DNA of 64,000 bases from Candidatus Magasanikiibacteriota bacterium (GCA_016193335.1 JACPSK010000001.1:175926-239925); one strand, 5' to 3'; positions 40,500 to 51,080 are shown, counted from the first letter of the stretch. The notes: a model not told the origin generated them from the letters alone. Numbers and translations: made by a program.

Positions 40500-41601
40500 A
40501 AAGACGAAGCGTATCCTTGGCCGCTTCTTTAAAACTATAAGTGTAACGCAAGGAGTTCAAAGCCTGTTTTGCTTTTTCATAACCTTCAGGGCTCATAATT
40601 GTTTTTAAAGATTGCTTAATATCTTCAGTCTTGCGCGGATTGAAATGAATGGCCGATTTTAGAACCCAGTCATAACCGATTTCTTCGGATGTTATAAACG
40701 GAGTTTTTGCGGCTATGCAATCAAGCATCGTATTCGGGCTGATATCCGTAAGGCTGGGAAAAACCATGGCATAAGAACGGGCAATACGTTTGGTCAATCC
40801 GTCTCGAGACAGAGCCGGTTCAAATCTGGTATGATTATAGTTTTGACTGCGCGCGTAAGCTTCAAGCTCTGATTTTTGCTCTCCTTCGCCGATAATGACT
40901 AACCCGATTTCTGTCTGGTCAATGGAAGAGAAAGCATCCAAGAGAGGCTTTATATTATTCTTGTTGATAATGCGCCCGGCGCAGAGAATTTCTTTGGATC
41001 TCTGCGCGGTCTGCGCTTCTATAACGGTTTCTGGCAAAGGATTTTCTATAAAAGCCAATTTTCTCTTATCACATCCATAATATCGCACAAATATGTCGGC
41101 CTGGAATCGAGTGGTAAAAACCAAAATATCGGCTCGGCCAAACACCCATTTAATTAAAACAAAACGAAGCCAATCCTTTTGGTATAAACCTTGTTCATAA
41201 TAATCTCTCAGAGCCAAAGCCGCGCCAGTCTTTCCCAAAAATCGTTCCCAGATGAAATCTCCTCCTATGCGGATTGCCATTTTTTTCCTGAGAAACAGAT
41301 TTGCCAAACTTGCCGGAATACCGGCGCTAAAATGATCAAAAGCGTATATATAGTCATACTGTTTACCGATTCGTAACAATGTTTTTGCGTAACGCCAATA
41401 ATTACTGAGAGTACTCGTCCTCTGTATTCTCAAAACACGGAAGGGATAACGCGCATCGTCATCATGCGCTGCCACATTAGAATATGTGAGGATACAGACA
41501 ACATGACCGAGGGCCGCGAATTCCTCGGCTATATTTTTGGCGTAGCAGGCAGGACCTCCGAGTTCTGGCACAAAAATTCCGCTGGCGATGAGTATCTTCA
41601 T
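40477..41601 (-). CDS. GT4 glycosyltransferase
   Basis: PELGGPA, AGRI..KN, FPSLTDISPN. Confidence 0.85.
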   Translation of the reverse strand: MKILIASGIFVPELGGPACYAKNIAEEFAALGHVVCILTYSNVAAHDDDARYPFRVLRIQRTSTLSNYWRYAKTLLRIGKQYDYIYAFDHFSAGIPASLANLFLRKKMAIRIGGDFIWERFLGKTGAALALRDYYEQGLYQKDWLRFVLIKWVFGRADILVFTTRFQADIFVRYYGCDKRKLAFIENPLPETVIEAQTAQRSKEILCAGRIINKNNIKPLLDAFSSIDQTEIGLVIIGEGEQKSELEAYARSQNYNHTRFEPALSRDGLTKRIARSYAMVFPSLTDISPNTMLDCIAAKTPFITSEEIGYDWVLKSAIHFNPRKTEDIKQSLKTIMSPEGYEKAKQALNSLRYTYSFKEAAKDTLRLFGKGRDE

Positions 41602-42764
41602 AGGTCTCTGCTCGTTTTGTTGAACAATTCTTTCATTTTATACGCGATAATATTCCAATCATAATCCGATACGTGATTTCGGGCGTTTTTAACGCAGTTC
41701 TCACGAAGATCGACATTATCCATAATACGCGCGATAGCCTCTGCCGCTTCTTTGGGTTTCCCGGGACTACACAAAATTCCGGTTACTTCATGTCTCACAA
41801 TGTCCGGGATTCCGCCCACGGAAGTGGCCACTACCGGGATGCCGGCGGCCATGGCTTCAAGAAATACATTGCCAAGTCCTTCTGAACGCGACAAGCGACA
41901 AAAAACATCCGAAGAGGCGTAGAGACGGGGCAAGGATTCATGGGCGACATTGCCCAAAAAGAAAACTCGTTCACTGCATTTAAGATCCTTGCTCAATCTC
42001 TCCAAGGCAGCTCTTTCTTTTCCCGATCCTGCCACAATCAGCTTATATTGAAACGGCAAAAAGGCCAGGGCCCTGATCAGAGTATCCACTCCATTCTTCC
42101 GAGCCAAACGTGAAACCGTGAGGATCGTTCGATCATCCGGAGATACGGCACAGCCAAATTCATTCTTCAAAACAGCCACACGGGCAGAGGGATCCCGGGG
42201 TATCTGGAATCTCTTTGATTGCGCCAGGTCAACTCCATTGGGAATCAGCGCAGATATTTTTCCCCCAAAACCCATAATTCTACCCCACTCAAGCAAATAA
42301 CCGCTTATGGCCTGGAGGGCGCTCGCTCGTCTGAATATCTGCTTAAACCAAGGCCAGAGAAACCAAACTCGGGAATATATATGCGCCCTGCTGTCGCCTT
42401 CTTGCAAAGTCAACAAAAAAGGAATTTCGGGATTCTGTTTTTTGTATCTCAGAGCGGCAAAACCTCCGTAACTTGCCATGATAGCCCATATTACAGAAAA
42501 ATGACCAAGCCTTCTCACGTATTTTGCGCCTCCGAAAACCAAACGAAACTTATCAAAAAAATTCCCCTTCCCCATTCTATGAATTTCCACATTTCCTCTC
42601 TGTTCAATGATGGGAAATGTTTTATCCAAGCGAGCCGTAATAAGCACAAACTCAAAATCAAAAATCCGATCTGTTATCTCTTTTACCGCGATTTCTGCCC
42701 CGCCCAGCATCGGAAGATAGGCCGTGGAAAAAATAAGTATCTTCTGTTTCATAACATAATTCAC
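41598..42764 (-). CDS. GT4 glycosyltransferase
   Basis: GGAE, IPNGVD, SRLARKNG, EGLGNVFLEAMAAG. Confidence 0.9.
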   Translation of the reverse strand: MNYVMKQKILIFSTAYLPMLGGAEIAVKEITDRIFDFEFVLITARLDKTFPIIEQRGNVEIHRMGKGNFFDKFRLVFGGAKYVRRLGHFSVIWAIMASYGGFAALRYKKQNPEIPFLLTLQEGDSRAHIYSRVWFLWPWFKQIFRRASALQAISGYLLEWGRIMGFGGKISALIPNGVDLAQSKRFQIPRDPSARVAVLKNEFGCAVSPDDRTILTVSRLARKNGVDTLIRALAFLPFQYKLIVAGSGKERAALERLSKDLKCSERVFFLGNVAHESLPRLYASSDVFCRLSRSEGLGNVFLEAMAAGIPVVATSVGGIPDIVRHEVTGILCSPGKPKEAAEAIARIMDNVDLRENCVKNARNHVSDYDWNIIAYKMKELFNKTSRDL

Positions 42765-42839
42765 AGCAGATTTAATCCTCTTATTCAGGCTATGGCCAAA
42801 AATACGAAGCTCGTCTGAAAAAGATACATCCGAGCCGGT

Positions 42840-43784
42840 TTATCCAAACAAGCGCTTCTTAAAATCCGCTATGGTTTTCTCCAAGCCCTGGTCCAGAGAG
42901 ATTGTCGGCTTCCAGGCCAAACGTTCTCCTGCCAGATCTATGTTCGGCTGTCTTTGTTTCGGGTCATCCTCCGGAAGATCCCGATACACGAGCCTGCTCG
43001 AAGAGCCAATGGCAAGAATAATTTTTTCCGCTAGTTCTTTAATCGTAAATTCAGAAGGATTGCCAAGATTGACCGGCCCGAGGAAAGAAGCCTCGGTTTC
43101 CATCATTTTGACAAGTCCCCCCACCAAATCGTCCACATAACAAAAACTTCTGGTCTGAGAGCCATCGCCGTAAATCGTAATATCTTCCCCTTTGAGGGCT
43201 TGCAAGATAAAATTCGACACCACGCGGCCGTCATTAAAGGTCATCCGGGGCCCATAGGTATTGAATATACGTACGACTTTTATTTCCATGCCGTGCATCC
43301 GATGATAATCAAAACACAGAGTCTCAGCGCAACGCTTGCCCTCGTCATAGCAAGCTCTCGGCCCGATGATACTTACATTCCCTCTGTAAGCTTCGGTCTG
43401 CGGATGAACTTCCGGGTCTCCATATACTTCGGAGGTGGACGCTTGCAAGAGCCTTGCTTTATGTTTTCTCGAAAAACCCAAAACATTAATCATGCCTATA
43501 GTGTTGGCTTTGATGGTACGCACCGGATTTTTCTGGTAATGAATGGGGCTCGCGGGGCAGGCTAAATTATATACCTGATCTATATGCTCTTGGATTTCAA
43601 AAGGTTCAATAATGTCTTTCGGCAAAAAATGAAATCGCGGATTATCAAGAAGCCGCGTTATATTTTCTTTCCCGCCGGTAAACAAATTATCAAGACAATA
43701 TACTTCATGTTCTTTATCCAAAAGCCGTTCACACAAATGAGAACCTATAAAGCCCGCGCCGCCGGTTACCATTATCTGAGACAT
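42840..43784 (-). CDS. uxs: UDP-glucuronate decarboxylase (UDP-xylose synthase)
   Basis: [48 protein letters not shown]. Confidence 0.92.
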   Translation of the reverse strand: MSQIMVTGGAGFIGSHLCERLLDKEHEVYCLDNLFTGGKENITRLLDNPRFHFLPKDIIEPFEIQEHIDQVYNLACPASPIHYQKNPVRTIKANTIGMINVLGFSRKHKARLLQASTSEVYGDPEVHPQTEAYRGNVSIIGPRACYDEGKRCAETLCFDYHRMHGMEIKVVRIFNTYGPRMTFNDGRVVSNFILQALKGEDITIYGDGSQTRSFCYVDDLVGGLVKMMETEASFLGPVNLGNPSEFTIKELAEKIILAIGSSSRLVYRDLPEDDPKQRQPNIDLAGERLAWKPTISLDQGLEKTIADFKKRLFG

Positions 43785-43843
43785 AAAGATATGAAAATTT
43801 ATCGCTCTGTTTAGAGAAAAAATGATAAAAAAAACACATATTC

Positions 43844-43872
43844 ATAATACCCCAAATAAGCCGTCCCGTCAA
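43844..43872 (-). promoter_or_regulatory. Sigma70 promoter at the head of the glycan cluster
   Basis: TTGACG-17bp-TATTAT upstream of uxs. Confidence 0.55.
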
Positions 43873-43875
43873 TCA

Positions 43876-43909
43876 AAAACCCGCCGATTTTATGTCACAA
43901 GCGGGTTTT
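43876..43909 (-). terminator. Intrinsic terminator after the fibre pseudogene
   Basis: AAAACCCGC...GCGGGTTTT inverted repeat. Confidence 0.55.
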
Positions 43910-43930
43910 AATAAGTCCGATAATATTCCC

Positions 43931-45250
43931 TTACAGGATGGCGGGGCAGGTTACCACAGAACCGAGTACAACTCCGTTTTGAACCGTTATAGAGGTGCAA
44001 GCGGTCGCGTCATCAGAGTCGTGCATTATTATTTCAGGTCCGCCGGTGCCACCATCATAAATCATGAGCGTTGTGCTACCGGTGGTATTTTTTATGGTAC
44101 TCGTGGCAGAATGCACAGTGCCGGACGCGTGCACGTCATTCCAAGAAAAAGTTGGACCTGTAAAAGAACCCCATTCACCGATATCAAAACTATTGTTAAG
44201 GGCAGGTCTCAGAAAACCGCTGAAAGAAGCGGAGTTTATATCTATGTCCACCGAGCCTCCACCGGTTTGCCCGAATGTAACGTTTCCAAAAAAAGTGGTC
44301 GCTCCGGTAACTCCCAAGGTGGAACTTACATTCACAAAACCGTCAACAGATAAATTATTCCCTACATTCAGGTTCCCAGAGTTAGTTTTTGCTCCCGTGT
44401 TATTCACAGTCCCGAGCCAAACGGTGCCGCTGGAATACATATCACCCCAGGCAAACCCATAGGCTCCAAAGTCACCGGCGTCATTGCCGGATGGCATAAG
44501 AAAATCTACAGAGGTCATCGTAGAACTTACATAATCCAAGAACGCGGTGCTGGACGCGTAGATATTTTTTGCCGCTTTGCCAAAACTACCGAAACTGGCG
44601 CGATTATTTACGGTCAGCAAAACACCATCTCTAAGGAGTATGCATGGTGCTCGTTACATAATCCAAAAAGGCCGTACTCGATGCATAAATATTGCCAAGC
44701 GCGTTGCCATAAGCGCCAATGCCAACCGAATTGTTCGAACCGAGAAGCACCGTGCCATTTATGGTCAAGGCCGTACTGCTTACATAATCCAGAAAGGCCG
44801 TACTCGATGCGTAGATGTTGTCGAGGGCATTGCTATAAGCGCCAATGTCCACTGTTTTGTTTGATCCCAAAAGCACGGAACCGTTTATGCTTAGTGCAGT
44901 CGAACTTACATAATCCAGAAAGGCGGTGCTGGACGCGTAGATGTTGTTATACGAGAGAGAATATGAACCCAAATCAACCGTGTTGTTGGCATTCGGATCC
45001 AAATCTCCTGCCAAACGCGCGGTAACCGTGAGGCTGTCGCTCGTGGCATTGCCAATGGTAGTACTGCCTTCTATACTCAAGGCCGAGCTTAAAGTGGTGT
45101 TTCCTATTACGTCAAGCGTGCCACCTATACAGATACATCATTGCCCACAGTCGTCACAGCAAGGGACGATTCAGAAATCAAGAACGACAAAACCACAATA
45201 AATAAAAATCCCAAACAGGCGAATTCTATTCTAAAAAGTGGTCTTGCCAT
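43931..45250 (-). pseudogene. Secreted fibre-like repeat protein, split by two frameshifts (paralog of 47446..49158)
   Basis: ATG 45250 gives the signal peptide MARPLFRIEF...SSLA-VTTVGNDVSV; +2 shift at 45126-45129 to GGTLDVIGNTT; 40-aa NIYASSTAFLDYVSST repeats; second shift near 44641 into ORF 43931..44620. Confidence 0.8.
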
Positions 45251-45314
45251 ATTTTTTCTAAATATAAAAAATATAATTAATTGATGAACAAAAAAATAAA
45301 ACTTTCTATCCCAC

Positions 45315-45764
45315 CTAATTCGCAGATTCCGAATATAACCTTACAATATCAACAATTTTATCCGCCACCGCATCGTATATTATAACTCCATGAGGATAAT
45401 AAAGCAATTTATCTCCGTTTTTCACATATTGAAAATATATGGGATTTTGCTCATGCAAGCTGGACGCGTCAAGCACCGTAGCCACCGTAATTTTCCCCTC
45501 AGGGAAAAGCATATGACGTGAGACAGCTTGTACCACAAGATCCGCCTCAGAACCTGATCCTGTTGTGTCTTCTGCAGGCTCTGTAGCCTCTGTTTGTCTG
45601 CTTTTCAAAAAATCTTGAGAGTTTTCTTGAAAAGGTACCTTTGCTTTGTCCTCAACACCGCGATCAAGCATATACCAGGCCAAAATTACGACTACCAAAA
45701 AACTGATGAGAGACACTGTAACAGAGCCGTACAAAATCCTTTTCTGATTCAAATTCTGATTCAT
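45315..45764 (-). CDS. Small single-TM membrane protein of unknown function (paralog of 49262..49768)
   Basis: N-terminal TM, then VS.H...P....TV.TV.D...L...NP.YFQ.VKNGDK...Y..G.I.YD...D.IVD..RL. Confidence 0.8.
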   Translation of the reverse strand: MNQNLNQKRILYGSVTVSLISFLVVVILAWYMLDRGVEDKAKVPFQENSQDFLKSRQTEATEPAEDTTGSGSEADLVVQAVSRHMLFPEGKITVATVLDASSLHEQNPIYFQYVKNGDKLLYYPHGVIIYDAVADKIVDIVRLYSESAN

Positions 45765-46006
45765 ACATTCGCTTCCTAAAAATTTAAACTTTCAGAAGAA
45801 CAGGCATATTATAGATCTTTTTCTATGCCTAGTACATCCTTATTTGTGTACAAATATAAGTCTACCTCTTCACAACATATTTTGAAAATCCTACGAAGTC
45901 AGCCCGCTTCGCTGCTTTGCCGACTTGAGTCCTGACTGAAAAAATTGTCAATAAAACAAGCCCCTGAATCCAGAGGCCTGTAATATCCGATAGAGCTTTT
46001 TGATTT

Positions 46007-47404
46007 TTACAGTCCGCTCAAAACAGCTCCTTCGCTATATGTTTCAGAGTCTTTCAAAGTAACTATCCGGTCCCAGCGATATTTCAATTTTTTGAATGTT
46101 TGTTCGTCCTTTATATGACGCTTTATCTGTTTGCTGGAATCAGCCGGATCCGGTTCAAGACGATAAACCTTGGAAGAACCTTTATATTTAACCAAAGTAT
46201 AATTCGGATGATGATCCGTATAACTTATCTCTGACCCGACTTTATATTTGTCGAGCAAGGCGCCATCTATGTCTTCAATCCAATCCCATTTATAACTGAG
46301 ATCATTAAATACTTTTTCAGAATTTATCCAATATTTATCAGGACCCAGAAGCAAGTATACTTTAGGATCTGTGACGATTTTTGCCAAGGCTCCGTATTTT
46401 GGATCGTAGAGAGGCCCCCATGGCATGAAACCCAGCGAATCATTAGTGATACTGTCCAATTTCGCTTTCGTGGTCGTCATGACACTGCTCCATCCGGTGA
46501 GATAGCTGAAAAATTTATCCGGACTGCTGAAAGGTCTTTTGGTACAGTTTTCAGTTACATAGTAAACAGCGGGTGACGCGGAATGTTTGTAAGCTTTTTT
46601 CAGAGCCAAAGCACACTCTTTCTTGCCGCCAGCTGCCAATTCTGAGAATTGCAGTTTTGGATTGCCTTTTTCATCCAAACCGTAATAGGTTACTCTCAAA
46701 TCCGCTTTGCCATTGCCATCACTGTCTATATCTTTCGAAGCACCTTTATCAAGGGTAACACTCACCGGTTTTGACTCTATCACCATGCTGATAGTGCTTT
46801 CCGTGGCGCTTGAAACAGTAACCGTGTGAGAGCTGGATCCTACACTTATTGATGTGGGAGAGCTGACACTTACTGAAACAGTAACCGGAATTCCTACGGG
46901 AGCTGGAGCTTCAGCGGCCGGGGCAGGAGCTTCAGCCTCAGCCTCAGGAGCCGGAGCCGGAGCCGGGCTAGCGCCCGGGCCTGATCCACCTCCGCCACCT
47001 CCGCCGCCCCCACTACTACCCGCGCCTGAGCTCGCCGTACAGGTGGTCTGAGGAGTTACCGTAATGGTCTGAGAATCAATATCATTGGTACAAAGAATCG
47101 TGAGCTTAGATGTTGAGGCGCAGGTTATCGTTTTTTCACCGCAGGTATTGCTCGATAAGCCAAATCCGTCTCCATTGGCTGAAGTGATCTCCACCACAGA
47201 GCCGGTAGCCACGGTAAACACTACATTATCTGTATTAACCGTGTAAGACTCCACGCGGGTGGCATTGGTAAGCGTATAGGTGTGTCCTGTGCCCGCGCTC
47301 AAACTTACGGTTGTAGTCCCATCATGCGTGACCGTGTTAAAGGCTCCAAGCGCCGCGGCGGGTACGAGGAGAAAAACCGCGATAATTGTGAATACTTTAT
47401 GCAT
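46007..47404 (-). CDS. Secreted protein with Gly/Pro-Ala linker and C-terminal repeated surface-anchor-like domain
   Basis: Signal peptide, Thr-rich domain, G8 and PAPA linker, repeats K..S.AVYY..KRPF, KVYLL..KYWI, LVKYKGSSKVY..KRHI. Confidence 0.75.
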   Translation of the reverse strand: MHKVFTIIAVFLLVPAAALGAFNTVTHDGTTTVSLSAGTGHTYTLTNATRVESYTVNTDNVVFTVATGSVVEITSANGDGFGLSSNTCGEKTITCASTSKLTILCTNDIDSQTITVTPQTTCTASSGAGSSGGGGGGGGGSGPGASPAPAPAPEAEAEAPAPAAEAPAPVGIPVTVSVSVSSPTSISVGSSSHTVTVSSATESTISMVIESKPVSVTLDKGASKDIDSDGNGKADLRVTYYGLDEKGNPKLQFSELAAGGKKECALALKKAYKHSASPAVYYVTENCTKRPFSSPDKFFSYLTGWSSVMTTTKAKLDSITNDSLGFMPWGPLYDPKYGALAKIVTDPKVYLLLGPDKYWINSEKVFNDLSYKWDWIEDIDGALLDKYKVGSEISYTDHHPNYTLVKYKGSSKVYRLEPDPADSSKQIKRHIKDEQTFKKLKYRWDRIVTLKDSETYSEGAVLSGL

Positions 47405-47445
47405 AATGCTTTTTGTTTTGCTTGGGTTATACTTCAACTACCGGA

Positions 47446-49158
47446 CTAGAAATCACATGGATAGGTCCCGCTTGATACCGTCGAAGTGACAAACTCTCCA
47501 TTCACACCGAAAGAAAAATTTATACAGCCGCTTCCATCGCTTTTTTCCATTATGATGGCCGCTCCGAGCGAAGCTTTGCCCGAACCCATCACCAAATTGG
47601 AAACAGCCACAGAATTAACAAGAGTGGAAGTTGTCATATAGACTGTTCCTGAAGCGACGAGATCATTAAACGCCGCTCCGGCGCCGGCGCCGGAAACCAA
47701 GACACCGACATCATAGGTGTTATGTGTCCCCGGAGCTACTGAAGAAGCAACTCCTCCGTTAAAGGTAATAGTATCAGCGCCTGAATCTCCAAGAGTCACA
47801 TTGCCGTCTGCGCTCAGCACACCTGCCCAGAGAGTACCGGAAGAGAAAACATCATTCCAAGCGTTGCTGAACGCGCCGAGATCAAGATCATTGTTTGCAG
47901 TCGGTTCGAGTCTGCTTGCAAAACGAGAGTTGAGATAAATGGTATCAGACGTAGTGGCATTGCCCAGAGTTGTATTGCCGCCAAACCAGCCGGTGCCGTC
48001 TACCGCGAGGTTGTTGCCAACGCTCAAATCACCGGCACTGGTGCCAAGAGTGGCTACGTCTACGGTGCCGAGAACGATGGTGTTGGAAGCGAAAATGTCC
48101 CTCCAAGCTCCACCGTATTCTCCGGAGTCATACAAATTATTACCCACCGGTACCACAGTACCCGTAATGTCAGCGGCTCCAAACAAAGTCAAAGTACCGC
48201 TTGCAGAGCTATTCCCGATGGTGGTATTTCCGTAAAGCTGTGAAGTCCCATCAACAGCGAAATTATTACCCACACTCAAATCTCCGGCAGCGGTGCCAAG
48301 AGTAGCTAAGTTAACAGTGCCAAGCACGATAGTATTCGAAGCGAAAAGGTCATTCCAGGCGTTTGAATAGGCGCCAAGATCATTTCCATTGTTATCAGTG
48401 GGCTGAACTGACCCGGCCACACGAGCGTTGAGATACAATACATCTGTGGTAGTGGCGTCCCCAACAGTCAAGTTGTTTGAAATGGTAACGCTTGAACTCC
48501 ATACTGCCAAAGTGCCTACATACAAAGTCCCGGAAACATACAGATCTTTCCAAGCATTTGAGTAGGCGCCAAGATCATTTCCATTGTTATCAGTGGGCTG
48601 AACTGACCCGGCCACACGAGCGTTGAGATAAATGGTATCAGAAGTAGTGGCATTACCAAGAGTAGTGTTGCCGCCAAACCAGCCGGTGCCGTCTACCGCG
48701 AGGTTGTTGCCAACGCTCAAATCACCGGCACTGGTGCCAAGAGTGGCTACGTCTACGGTGCCGAGAACGATGGTGTTGGAAGCAAAGAGATCGTTCCATC
48801 CTGAACCATAAGCTCCGAGGTCATAGGTGTTGTGAGTGCTCGGCAAAACATTACTTGCCACGTCAGCGGTTATTGTAACCGTGTCGCTGGCAGAATCTCC
48901 GATGGTCGAGTTCCCGTTCAGGGTTGTAGCCCCAGTCACGGTTGTGGCTCCGGTAACGTCGAGCGTACCTCCAAAGGTTGCAGCCCCAGTGATGGTTGTA
49001 ACTCCGGTTACGTCGAGTGTGCCTCCAACAGAGACATTATTACCGACTGTAGTCGCGGCTTTGGAACTGCTTGGAGCGAACAGCAGAGCAACCGCTATAC
49101 CCAGTCCTGCGTAGAGAAGCAACATTCGTGCCTCTCTCCAACTTAGTGATTCAGACAT
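47446..49158 (-). CDS. Secreted trimeric-fibre-like repeat surface protein
   Basis: Signal peptide (SKA-A), GGTLDVTG beta repeats, repeated P..NN.(Y)DLGAYSNAWNDLFASNT, Cys-pair C-terminus. Confidence 0.8.
   Translation of the reverse strand: MSESLSWREARMLLLYAGLGIAVALLFAPSSSKAATTVGNNVSVGGTLDVTGVTTITGAATFGGTLDVTGATTVTGATTLNGNSTIGDSASDTVTITADVASNVLPSTHNTYDLGAYGSGWNDLFASNTIVLGTVDVATLGTSAGDLSVGNNLAVDGTGWFGGNTTLGNATTSDTIYLNARVAGSVQPTDNNGNDLGAYSNAWKDLYVSGTLYVGTLAVWSSSVTISNNLTVGDATTTDVLYLNARVAGSVQPTDNNGNDLGAYSNAWNDLFASNTIVLGTVNLATLGTAAGDLSVGNNFAVDGTSQLYGNTTIGNSSASGTLTLFGAADITGTVVPVGNNLYDSGEYGGAWRDIFASNTIVLGTVDVATLGTSAGDLSVGNNLAVDGTGWFGGNTTLGNATTSDTIYLNSRFASRLEPTANNDLDLGAFSNAWNDVFSSGTLWAGVLSADGNVTLGDSGADTITFNGGVASSVAPGTHNTYDVGVLVSGAGAGAAFNDLVASGTVYMTTSTLVNSVAVSNLVMGSGKASLGAAIIMEKSDGSGCINFSFGVNGEFVTSTVSSGTYPCDF
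47975..48783. repeat. Perfect intragenic direct repeats: 116 bp (47975-48090 = 48668-48783) and 68 bp (48368-48435 = 48563-48630)
   Basis: Read directly from the sequence; offsets of 693 and 195 nt are in frame. Confidence 0.85.
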
Positions 49159-49261
49159 AATGTACTATATTTTACCTATGTATTTAAAAGTAACATAGGT
49201 TTTAATTTATAAATAAATGTAAATTTCTCAGAGAATAGGAACCCTTATTTCTTCGACCACA

Positions 49262-49768
49262 TTATTCGGTAGTCTTCTTGGATCCTGGTCCAGTAACCAC
49301 TTGCTCAGGAAATAACCTTATAACATCCACAATAATATCTTGCTCCAAATCGTACACAATCAGACCCAAAGCGTAGCGTATAATTTTATCCCCATTCTTA
49401 ACGAACTGAAAATATAATGGATTCCTGGAACGGAGCAAATCCGCGTCCGTAACGGTTACGACCGTAACATCGCTTTGAGGAAGCATAATATGTTTAGAGA
49501 CCTTCTGAACCACTTCCACTACCTCGGATTGTTGATTGTTTGCTGAAGCCTTATCTATATTTAGACCTTCTGCGTTTTTTGCAGGTCCTGCGCCATCCGG
49601 TTTCACGTCTCCCTTGTCAAAAACATACCAAGCAAGTATCAAAACAATCGATAAAGCTAAAAAAGACAACAAAATTGAGGCATACGAAAAAGATTTTTCA
49701 CCCGTAAGATGAAGTCCTTGTTTCTTCATTCCTAAACTCATAACCCCTTTAGAAATATATATCTGCAA
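49262..49768 (-). CDS. Small single-TM membrane protein of unknown function (paralog of 45315..45764)
   Basis: TM plus the same conserved C-terminal domain; true start may be 49729 or 49741. Confidence 0.8.
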   Translation of the reverse strand: MQIYISKGVMSLGMKKQGLHLTGEKSFSYASILLSFLALSIVLILAWYVFDKGDVKPDGAGPAKNAEGLNIDKASANNQQSEVVEVVQKVSKHIMLPQSDVTVVTVTDADLLRSRNPLYFQFVKNGDKIIRYALGLIVYDLEQDIIVDVIRLFPEQVVTGPGSKKTTE

Positions 49769-49865
49769 GTATACTCTTTTTTTTATACAGGTGATACGTT
49801 TTCTGTGGATAAGTACTAAAAAACAAAATACAATTGTTTTTCAAAAATAAATACGATACACTACA

Positions 49866-51071
49866 ATGCATACAATCATTATGGAATTACGCCAAAAACA
49901 AACTATTTTGTACATCATCACTCAGGGGCATTGGGGAGGCGCTCAAACCTATCTCTATGAGCTCGCGACAGGCTTAAACCGGAGGTACAACATACATATA
50001 GCAGTGGGAGAATCTCTGGATACTCCTGATTTACAGAAAAAAATACAAACATTCAACCAAGGAGAATCCGCACAAAATCAAATCTCCTGTATAAGCCTCA
50101 AACATCTAGTCCGTCCCGTCTCCCCTGCCCAGGATATCTTGGCCATTTTTGAAATGGCAAAATGTATCAAAACCTGCGAACCGGATATAATACATCTCAA
50201 CAGCTCAAAAGCCGGCGTTCTTGGTTCAATATCCGCCCTATTTTACCGTAATCCTTCAAAACGCGTGATATACACGGTCCACGGCTGGGTATTCAACGAA
50301 GCTCTTGGAAAAACAAAAAAATACCTATATAAAATCTTGGAAAAACTAAGCGCGGCTTTCAAGACTCACATTATTCTACTGACAAAAAAAGACTTTTCCA
50401 TTGTCCTCAATCTCCTTGGTATCTCCAAAAATAAATTGCGTCTTATACCGCTTGGCGCCTCAGTCCAAAATCATATTTTAACTAAACAAGAGGCAAAAAC
50501 ACAGATAAACGCATACCTACCTTCAAACAAAAAAATTCTCCAAGATACATTCACCATAGGTATCATAGCCAATTTATACCACAACAAAGGTATCGACATA
50601 CATCTGCGAGCCCTCGGCCTTTTGTCCAAGACAGAGATTCAAAATACCAAAACCATAATCATAGGAGACGGGCCTGAGCGCGCAAGACTTCTAAAGCTTT
50701 CCGAAGATTTGCATATCAAAGACTTTGTCCATTTCCTCGGATTCATTGACAAAGCTTCCTGTCTTCTACCGGCCTTCGATCTCTGCATCATACCTTCAAG
50801 AAAAGAAGGCTCACCATATATCTTAAAGGAAGCCATAATCCAAAACATCCCTGTGTTAAGCTCAAAAGTCGGCGACGTAGAAGAATATATCATACATAAA
50901 AAAACCGGACTCCTCGCAGAACCCGGCAATACGGATGAATGGGCCGCTCATATTGTATGGTCTCTCCACAATAGACAACAACTGTCTTCTTTCTCCGCGT
51001 CAAACCAAAAAAACATCCCGAGCGTGGATGAAATGCTAAAAAAAACCATTGAGGTGTACGGCACTGTGTAA
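49866..51071 (+). CDS. GT4 glycosyltransferase
   Basis: WGGAQ, HLNSSKAG, YTVHGW, KG, EGSPY..KEA. Confidence 0.9.
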   Translation: MHTIIMELRQKQTILYIITQGHWGGAQTYLYELATGLNRRYNIHIAVGESLDTPDLQKKIQTFNQGESAQNQISCISLKHLVRPVSPAQDILAIFEMAKCIKTCEPDIIHLNSSKAGVLGSISALFYRNPSKRVIYTVHGWVFNEALGKTKKYLYKILEKLSAAFKTHIILLTKKDFSIVLNLLGISKNKLRLIPLGASVQNHILTKQEAKTQINAYLPSNKKILQDTFTIGIIANLYHNKGIDIHLRALGLLSKTEIQNTKTIIIGDGPERARLLKLSEDLHIKDFVHFLGFIDKASCLLPAFDLCIIPSRKEGSPYILKEAIIQNIPVLSSKVGDVEEYIIHKKTGLLAEPGNTDEWAAHIVWSLHNRQQLSSFSASNQKNIPSVDEMLKKTIEVYGTV

Positions 51072-51080
51072 AGTCTTCTC

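Noticed and set aside
43931-45250. Programmed frameshifting or homopolymer phase variation
   Set aside because: No slippery heptamer or homopolymer at either break
47446-49158. Prophage tail gene or diversity-generating retroelement TR/VR pair
   Set aside because: It has a signal peptide and no phage genes or reverse transcriptase nearby; the repeat cores are identical rather than adenine-mutated
47446-49158. N-glycosylation sequon enrichment
   Set aside because: About 11 N-X-S/T sites is roughly what the high Asn and Ser/Thr content would give by chance
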